45,716 nucleotides of DNA from Candidatus Eiseniibacteriota bacterium (lineage in GTDB: Bacteria; Eisenbacteria; RBG-16-71-46). The DNA lies in the NCBI GenBank assembly GCA_038231135.1, contig JBBRLX010000035.1, positions 1 to 45,716 of the forward strand, written 5' to 3'. The notes beneath the pieces are model-generated. The model ran no database searches. It was not told the DNA's origin and worked only from the letters and a program-made list of their open reading frames with translations. Positions 40,452 to 45,716 of this stretch are shown here, piece by piece. How positions within the stretch are numbered: the first letter of the stretch is position 1; the number at the start of each line of letters is the position of its first letter. The position numbers and the translations under genes are program-made.

Positions 40452-41309
40452 TCAGCTCCGCGGGTGAAACGTCGCCATGCCCAGCGCCGGCGCCAGGAAA
40501 TACGCGGCCACGTAGATCCCGCCCAGCCCCAGCACCGCGATCAGCAGCCGGTCCTTGCGCACCGGCTCGGTGCTCTCCCAGCGGAACAGCAGGCCATTGA
40601 GCGTGATGCCGATCACCGACGTCAGCGCCAGGATCGCGAGCGGCCCCGCCACCTGCGTCAGACCCTGGTGGCGCACCGCGACGCCCTGCAGCGATTCGTT
40701 CACGTAGGTGGTCGGCACCAGGCGACCGATGCGCTGCATCCACGCCGGCAGCATCATGAACGGGATCGCCGAGCCCGACAGGAACATCAGCGGGAAGAAC
40801 AGGAAGTTTGCGATCGCGGGCGCGCTGCGCGAGTCGCGCGCCACGCTGCCCACGATCAGCCCGATCGGGATCAGCGCCGCGCCCGCCAGCACCAGCACGA
40901 CGACGAACGCCGGCGTCGCGGCGCCCAGGTCGAAGTGGAACAGCAGCCGCGCGACGATCAACTGCAGCGCGAGCGAGGCCAGCAGCATGGTGAGCGCCAT
41001 GGCGCCGTGCGCCAGCACCACCGCCACCGCGCTGACCGGCGTCACGCGGTGCCGGCGCAGGATGCCCGACTCGCGTTCGGTCACGATCCGCATCGCGACG
41101 CCGAACACGCTGCCCGAGATGATCGTGATCGTGAACAGCCCCGGCATCACGAACCGCGTGTCGTCGGGATTGCCGTGCCCGAACACGAACCCAAACATGA
41201 GCAGGAAAAATAGCGGGAACGCCAGCGACCAGTAGATCGCCGTGCGTGTGCGCTTGTACGCCAGCAGGTGGCCGCGGTAGAGCGCCGTGAACGCGCGGAA
41301 CTGGCTCAT
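40452..41309 (-). CDS. ABC-2 type transporter permease
   Basis: WSLAFP, PG, ERESGILRR…TP, FPLMFLSG…P…LP.W. Confidence 0.92.
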   Translation of the reverse strand: MSQFRAFTALYRGHLLAYKRTRTAIYWSLAFPLFFLLMFGFVFGHGNPDDTRFVMPGLFTITIISGSVFGVAMRIVTERESGILRRHRVTPVSAVAVVLAHGAMALTMLLASLALQLIVARLLFHFDLGAATPAFVVVLVLAGAALIPIGLIVGSVARDSRSAPAIANFLFFPLMFLSGSAIPFMMLPAWMQRIGRLVPTTYVNESLQGVAVRHQGLTQVAGPLAILALTSVIGITLNGLLFRWESTEPVRKDRLLIAVLGLGGIYVAAYFLAPALGMATFHPRS

Positions 41310-42247
41310 CGGGATGCCTCCAGCACGTGCGCGGGGTCGCCGTCGGCGTCGCCCTCGCCGACCAGTTCGAGATACACGTCCTCGAGCGTCGGCCGCTTCA
41401 TGCGCAGATCGGTCAGCGTGACGTGTTGCGAGCGCAGCACCTCGCCCAGCGCCACGATCACCGCCGCGGGATCGCGGGTGGTGAACCTGTGATGCGTGCC
41501 TTCGAGACCGTGATGCGTCGTGCCCGCCGCCTCGAGCCGCTGGGGATCGAACGGTCCGGAGCACTCGATCCACAGCGTCGACAGCCCCTCGGCGCGTCCC
41601 ACCAGCTCGAACGGCGTGCCGTCGGCCACCACCACTCCTTCGCGCATGACGATCACGCGGTCGCACAGCGCCTCGGCTTCTTCGATGTAATGCGTGGTGA
41701 GGATCACGGAGTTGCCGGCCGCGTTGTAGGCGCGGACGACCTCGTGCAGCGCACGCCGCGCCGCGGGATCGAGGCCCGACGTCGGCTCGTCGAGGATCAG
41801 CAGTTCGGGATCGTGTATCAGCGCGATGCCGAGCGCGAGCCGCTGCTTCTGGCCGCCCGACAGATGCCGCGTGAGCGTGGTGGCCTTGGCCTCGAGCCCC
41901 ACCCGGTGCAGCACGTCCGCGACCGGCGACGTGCGCGAATAGAATGCGGCGTACATCTGGAGCAGCTCGCGCGCCGTGAGGTCCATCGGCATCGCCGTCG
42001 ACTGGAGCTGGACGCCGAGCCGGCGCTTGAGCTCGCCGGACTGCCGCTGCGGATCGAGCCCCAGCACCGAGACCTTGCCGCTGGTGGGCTGGCGCAAGCC
42101 CTCGAGAATCTCGACCATCGTGGTCTTGCCCGCGCCGTTGGGGCCGAGGATGCCGACCACGCCGCCGCTCGCGATCGAGAGGTCGACGCCTTTGAGTGCC
42201 TGTGTTTCACCGTACGTCTTGCGGAGTTGCTCGAGGACGATGCTCAT
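41306..42247 (-). CDS. ABC transporter ATP-binding protein (drug-export type)
   Basis: GPNGAGKTT, LSGGQKQR, LILDEPTSGLD, TTHY, TLEDVYL. Confidence 0.95.
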   Translation of the reverse strand: MSIVLEQLRKTYGETQALKGVDLSIASGGVVGILGPNGAGKTTMVEILEGLRQPTSGKVSVLGLDPQRQSGELKRRLGVQLQSTAMPMDLTARELLQMYAAFYSRTSPVADVLHRVGLEAKATTLTRHLSGGQKQRLALGIALIHDPELLILDEPTSGLDPAARRALHEVVRAYNAAGNSVILTTHYIEEAEALCDRVIVMREGVVVADGTPFELVGRAEGLSTLWIECSGPFDPQRLEAAGTTHHGLEGTHHRFTTRDPAAVIVALGEVLRSQHVTLTDLRMKRPTLEDVYLELVGEGDADGDPAHVLEASR

Positions 42248-42421
42248 GCGACGCAGTATCGTGCGGTGCGGCCGTGCGCCACAAGCGGGGTTGCGATGAA
42301 CGGTTGTTTCGAGCTGATGAAGTGTCGGGCACCGACGCAGTCGGTTGCGGCGCTGGGCCGCGCGCCGCGCGCCGCGGCGCATATTGCGTCCGCTGGTCGG
42401 GCGCCCGTCATTCGCCCTGAT

Positions 42422-42769
42422 TCAGCGCCGTGCGGCGGACAACTCGTCGACTTTCGCCGCTAGAACAAAATCGTTCTTATGCAGCCCATGAATCTTGTGC
42501 GTCCAGGTCTCGACCCGCACCTTGCCCCACGCGATCCACAGGTCGGGGTGATGCTGCTCCTGCTCCGCCAGCTCGCCCACCTGCACTCCAAATGCCATCG
42601 CGCTCTTGAAGTCCGGGAACGTGAACGAGCGGCGCAGCCGCTTCACGCCGTCGACCTCCGCAACCTCCCAGTCGGGCACCTGCGGCTTGAGCCCGGTGAT
42701 CTCGGCGTCGGTGAGTGTGGGAACGCCGCCGCGGCACGGTACGCATGATTCACGGGTCAGACCTGCCAT
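42422..42769 (-). CDS. Pterin-4-alpha-carbinolamine dehydratase
   Basis: CVPCRGG, F.F.DF, AE.EQHHPD, WTHKIHGLHKNDF..AAK. Confidence 0.93.
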   Translation of the reverse strand: MAGLTRESCVPCRGGVPTLTDAEITGLKPQVPDWEVAEVDGVKRLRRSFTFPDFKSAMAFGVQVGELAEQEQHHPDLWIAWGKVRVETWTHKIHGLHKNDFVLAAKVDELSAARR

Positions 42770-42800
42770 GTGAGATCTCCTTGGGAGCGCTTGCGCGCGA

Positions 42801-43337
42801 TCAGCCCCGGGGCGAACGCTCCCGGCGCAACGTATCGATCACTTGCAACACATGCTTCCAGTCATCGGTGCCGACGTGCAACTCGCCGATGTGGGTGAGC
42901 CTCACATGGCCCTGACGGTCGAGCACGTAGAGCGCCGGCCAGTACTCGTTACCGAACGAGTTCCAGACTTTGGAATCGTTGTCCTGGGCGACCGGAAACC
43001 GGATGCGCTCCTGCTTCAGCACGCGTGCGAGCGCCCGCGGGTCCCGCTCCGCTTCGAATTCGGGCGTATGGATGCCCGCGATCGTCACACCATCGAGCGC
43101 CAGCGCGTCGAGCGCCCGCATGGCCGGAATCGTGCGCCGGCAGTTGTAGCAGCCGAGCGTCCAGAACTCGACGATGACGATGTGGCCTGCAAGATCCGCG
43201 GAGCGGAAGCCGGAAGGCTGCATCCAGCGCAGGCCTGCACTCCAATTCGCGGGCGGGTCGGCGGCGTGAACGGCCGCTGGCGCGAGCATGGTCATTCCCA
43301 GCATCGCAATTGCAAGCGTTCCGGCGTAGATTCGCAT
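42801..43337 (-). CDS. Exported thioredoxin-like redoxin (DipZ C-terminal-like)
   Basis: Signal peptide, VEFWTLGCYNC, GIHTPEF, QDND, NEYWPALY; AGGAGG RBS. Confidence 0.9.
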   Translation of the reverse strand: MRIYAGTLAIAMLGMTMLAPAAVHAADPPANWSAGLRWMQPSGFRSADLAGHIVIVEFWTLGCYNCRRTIPAMRALDALALDGVTIAGIHTPEFEAERDPRALARVLKQERIRFPVAQDNDSKVWNSFGNEYWPALYVLDRQGHVRLTHIGELHVGTDDWKHVLQVIDTLRRERSPRG

Positions 43338-43441
43338 CGTCAGTACCTCCTGTTGCCATGATACGCCGCACCGCGCTTGCGTGTGACGGCCGCCACACCC
43401 ACGGGCCTCGAACGAGGCTCCCGAATCGACCCGAGGATTCC

Positions 43442-44005
43442 ATGACGATTGCACCCGATCGCATCCTTGTTCCCGCGGCAGGCACCCCGTCCCCCGCGGC
43501 CGGGCTGTTCCTGGCTCAACTCGACGACCAGAACCGTCTCCTGCTCCAGGCCCTTGCCGACATCACGCCCACCGAGCTCGCATGGCAGCCGGAACCCGGA
43601 ACGAACACGATCGGCATGCTGCTCGCGCACCTCGCGATCGTCGAGCCGTTCTGGATCTCGATCGCCATGCAGCAGCCGTTCGACTGCAAGGCCGTGATCG
43701 GCATTGGCGAAGACGACGACGGCCTGCCGATTCCCGCCGGGGGCGCGCCGCCTGCGAATCTGGCAGACAAGGACCTGGCCTACTACGCAGATCTCTTGGC
43801 CCGCGCCCGCGCGTATCATAAGCACACCGCGAAGCCCTGGACCGACGCCGAGCTCGACCGCAAGGTCGAGCGCAAGCGCCCGGACGGCTCGACGATGACC
43901 TGCAACGTGCGCTGGATCGAATATCACATCTTGGAGCATCTGGCCGGGCATTTTGGGCAGATTCTGCTGCTGCGGCATTTGTACAAGATTGCGAAGAGCG
44001 CTTGA
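43442..44005 (+). CDS. DinB/DUF664-family metalloprotein
   Basis: NTIGMLLAHLA.VE..W and RWI.YHILEH.AGH.GQI His triad; GAGGA RBS. Confidence 0.88.
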   Translation: MTIAPDRILVPAAGTPSPAAGLFLAQLDDQNRLLLQALADITPTELAWQPEPGTNTIGMLLAHLAIVEPFWISIAMQQPFDCKAVIGIGEDDDGLPIPAGGAPPANLADKDLAYYADLLARARAYHKHTAKPWTDAELDRKVERKRPDGSTMTCNVRWIEYHILEHLAGHFGQILLLRHLYKIAKSA

Positions 44006-44057
44006 GTCGCGACGATTCTGACGACGGTTCGCCGCGAACACCCTGTCACGGACGTGG

Positions 44058-44999
44058 CTATCGATAGCGGGCTTTCAGGCGCCCCCAGGTCATTTGGCCA
44101 ATAGGTGTTTGCAAGTATCCGAATCTCTCGATGCGCTGGTTGCCATCCACGACATAGACATCGCCGCTGGCATCCACAGCGATTCCCTCTGGGGCCACGA
44201 ATTGGCCGTCAAAGGAACCATGGCTACCCCAACTCGTCAGATAGCCACCATCGCGAGTAAATTTCAAAACTCGGCTGCCGCACCAATCCGTGACGAGCAC
44301 ATTGCCGTCACCGTCCGTCGTGATGCGTTCCGGACAGGTGAGCCCGGACCCGGCCGCGCCCCATTGCGAGAGATATTCACCCGCGGCGGAGAACTTCTGG
44401 ATGCGATTGTTGTCGATCTCACAGACGTATATATCTCCATTGGCGTCGATCGTAATGCCGGACGGTCTCCCGAGCTGGCCATTGCCGGAGCCATGAGTGC
44501 CCCAGCTCGATAGGTATTGACCGTCGTGAGTGAATTTATTGATCCTGTCGGCGTACGAGTCGGCGATATAGACGTTATCGCTCGCGTCGATGGCAAACCC
44601 GAAGGCGCCGTAAATTTGACCCGGGCCCGTGCCAGGCTCGCCCCAGGTTGCTAGCAACACGCCTTCCGAGGTGAACTCTTCCACTCGCTGTCCGAGGAAA
44701 TCGAGCACGAAGACATGCGACGAGTGATCCACTGCGACGTCCGATGGCCCGAGGAATTGGCCTGGATCAGTCCCGTGGGTTCCCCAAGAGCGCACCGGCT
44801 TGCCATCCACAGTGAACTCCTGGATCCGGGAGTTGCCATAGTCGGCGATGTAGAGATTCTTCCCCAGGATAGCGATGCCCCGTGGGCCATAAAATTGGGC
44901 TCTGGATCCAAACGCCAACTTGAATTGCGGTGCCCCTGCATCTTGAATCGCCGTCGGAGCGACGAGCAGCAATGCGACTAGGATAACGCCGATGAACAC
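44058..44999 (-). CDS. Secreted six-bladed NHL-repeat beta-propeller with C-terminal TWGRLKARYR motif
   Basis: Six F..P.GIAhD…hYhAD..N.RhQ.F repeats, signal peptide, GGAGGGAG RBS. Confidence 0.9.
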   Translation of the reverse strand: MFIGVILVALLLVAPTAIQDAGAPQFKLAFGSRAQFYGPRGIAILGKNLYIADYGNSRIQEFTVDGKPVRSWGTHGTDPGQFLGPSDVAVDHSSHVFVLDFLGQRVEEFTSEGVLLATWGEPGTGPGQIYGAFGFAIDASDNVYIADSYADRINKFTHDGQYLSSWGTHGSGNGQLGRPSGITIDANGDIYVCEIDNNRIQKFSAAGEYLSQWGAAGSGLTCPERITTDGDGNVLVTDWCGSRVLKFTRDGGYLTSWGSHGSFDGQFVAPEGIAVDASGDVYVVDGNQRIERFGYLQTPIGQMTWGRLKARYR

Positions 45000-45091
45000 G
45001 GGAACGCTCCCTCCTGCCCGGTCGGGCGAGCGGCGATCTACTTCCCGAGCGTAGCACGTGAGCCGCTATCGCCTTCGGTCGTTCCTGGGAG

Positions 45092-45715
45092 TCATGGGCT
45101 AACCCCGGGGTTCCTGTCTGCTGCCACCGCCGCCATGGCCGTGACCGCCGGGGTACGCGCTTTGCGCGCCGCCCGAGCCTCCTCCCGCTTGCGGCTCATG
45201 AACTCGGCGCCGAACTCGCATTCTGCCGTGAACTGATTGTGCGCGCGACAGCGTAGCCGCATGCGTGGAGCCGTCGATGCGCCGCCTTGCGATATGGGAT
45301 CCGCGTGATCGTACTCGAGCAATTCGCGAGCAGTACACCTATGGCCGGCATCGCTCACGAACGTGCAGCGGCCCCCGTCCCGCTGCCAGACCGAGCGCCG
45401 GACCTGTGCGGGTACGTATCTGCGCACCGGCCGCGCCTCGTCGGGACATGAATTCGGCGCGCCGGACGTAAGAACCGTCGCACGGGGCTTGTCCGTCGCC
45501 GCGAACTTGCGCCGCTCGAGCTGCTGGATGAGTACGTCCAGCGCGCGATCGAGCACTTCGGCGACATCGCCCGATGGCATTGCGTGACTGAGCAATGCCT
45601 TCGCATGCATCAGCTTGTCATGAGTGCTCCGGCGGATCGTGAGCTGCAGCGAGTATTTCTCCGCCGACAGCGGCTGCATTCTCGGCCTGGGCGCCGGCGG
45701 TTCAACTGGTTCCGG
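45092..45715 (-). CDS. HNH endonuclease-domain protein (DUF222-like), 5' truncated by the window edge
   Basis: PLS…Y.LQ.T…DKL..AK.LLSH…D.AEVLDRALD.L…LERRKF; R.VPA.VRR.VW.RD.GRC…C…LEYDH..P…GG…LRCRAHN. Frame is open to the end of the window. Confidence 0.85.
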   Translation of the reverse strand, partial: PEPVEPPAPRPRMQPLSAEKYSLQLTIRRSTHDKLMHAKALLSHAMPSGDVAEVLDRALDVLIQQLERRKFAATDKPRATVLTSGAPNSCPDEARPVRRYVPAQVRRSVWQRDGGRCTFVSDAGHRCTARELLEYDHADPISQGGASTAPRMRLRCRAHNQFTAECEFGAEFMSRKREEARAARKARTPAVTAMAAVAADRNPGVSP

Positions 45716-45716
45716 A

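Overview
Very GC-rich bacterial chromosomal segment. Almost all genes are on the minus strand; only hppA and a DinB-family gene are on plus. The gene inventory suggests a diderm FCB-related candidate phylum such as Ca. Eisenbacteria (inference): PorV-like barrel, TonB-dependent receptor, GWxTD protein, T9SS-like C-terminal domains, a C-terminal TWGxxKxxYR motif and a DUF222-like HNH protein. Left to right: (1) probable edge of an element integrated at tRNA-Leu(GAG); (2) gap-pgk-tpiA-secG-tRNA-Leu; (3) an uncharacterised outer-membrane/secretion cassette of a FadL/PorV-like barrel, TonB-dependent receptor, ~1000-aa secreted protein with T9SS-like CTD, PorV/PorQ-family barrel and GWxTD protein; (4) polA-coaE-prfB (programmed +1 frameshift)-PMM/PGM-mpg; (5) a 12-repeat Kelch protein with T9SS-type CTD; (6) ftsK-rimO-hypothetical-bamD-nadD-two SAM methyltransferases; (7) acyl-CoA dehydrogenase plus two secreted hypotheticals; (8) a divergent K+-independent membrane pyrophosphatase; (9) GT-C glycosyltransferase, ABC-2 exporter, pterin carbinolamine dehydratase, redoxin and DinB; (10) an NHL-repeat protein with a short C-terminal motif and a truncated HNH protein. 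The best candidate for an undescribed system is the 4.5-14.8 kb envelope cassette together with two different C-terminal sorting signals elsewhere in the window. All calls come from motif recognition by eye; no searches were run.
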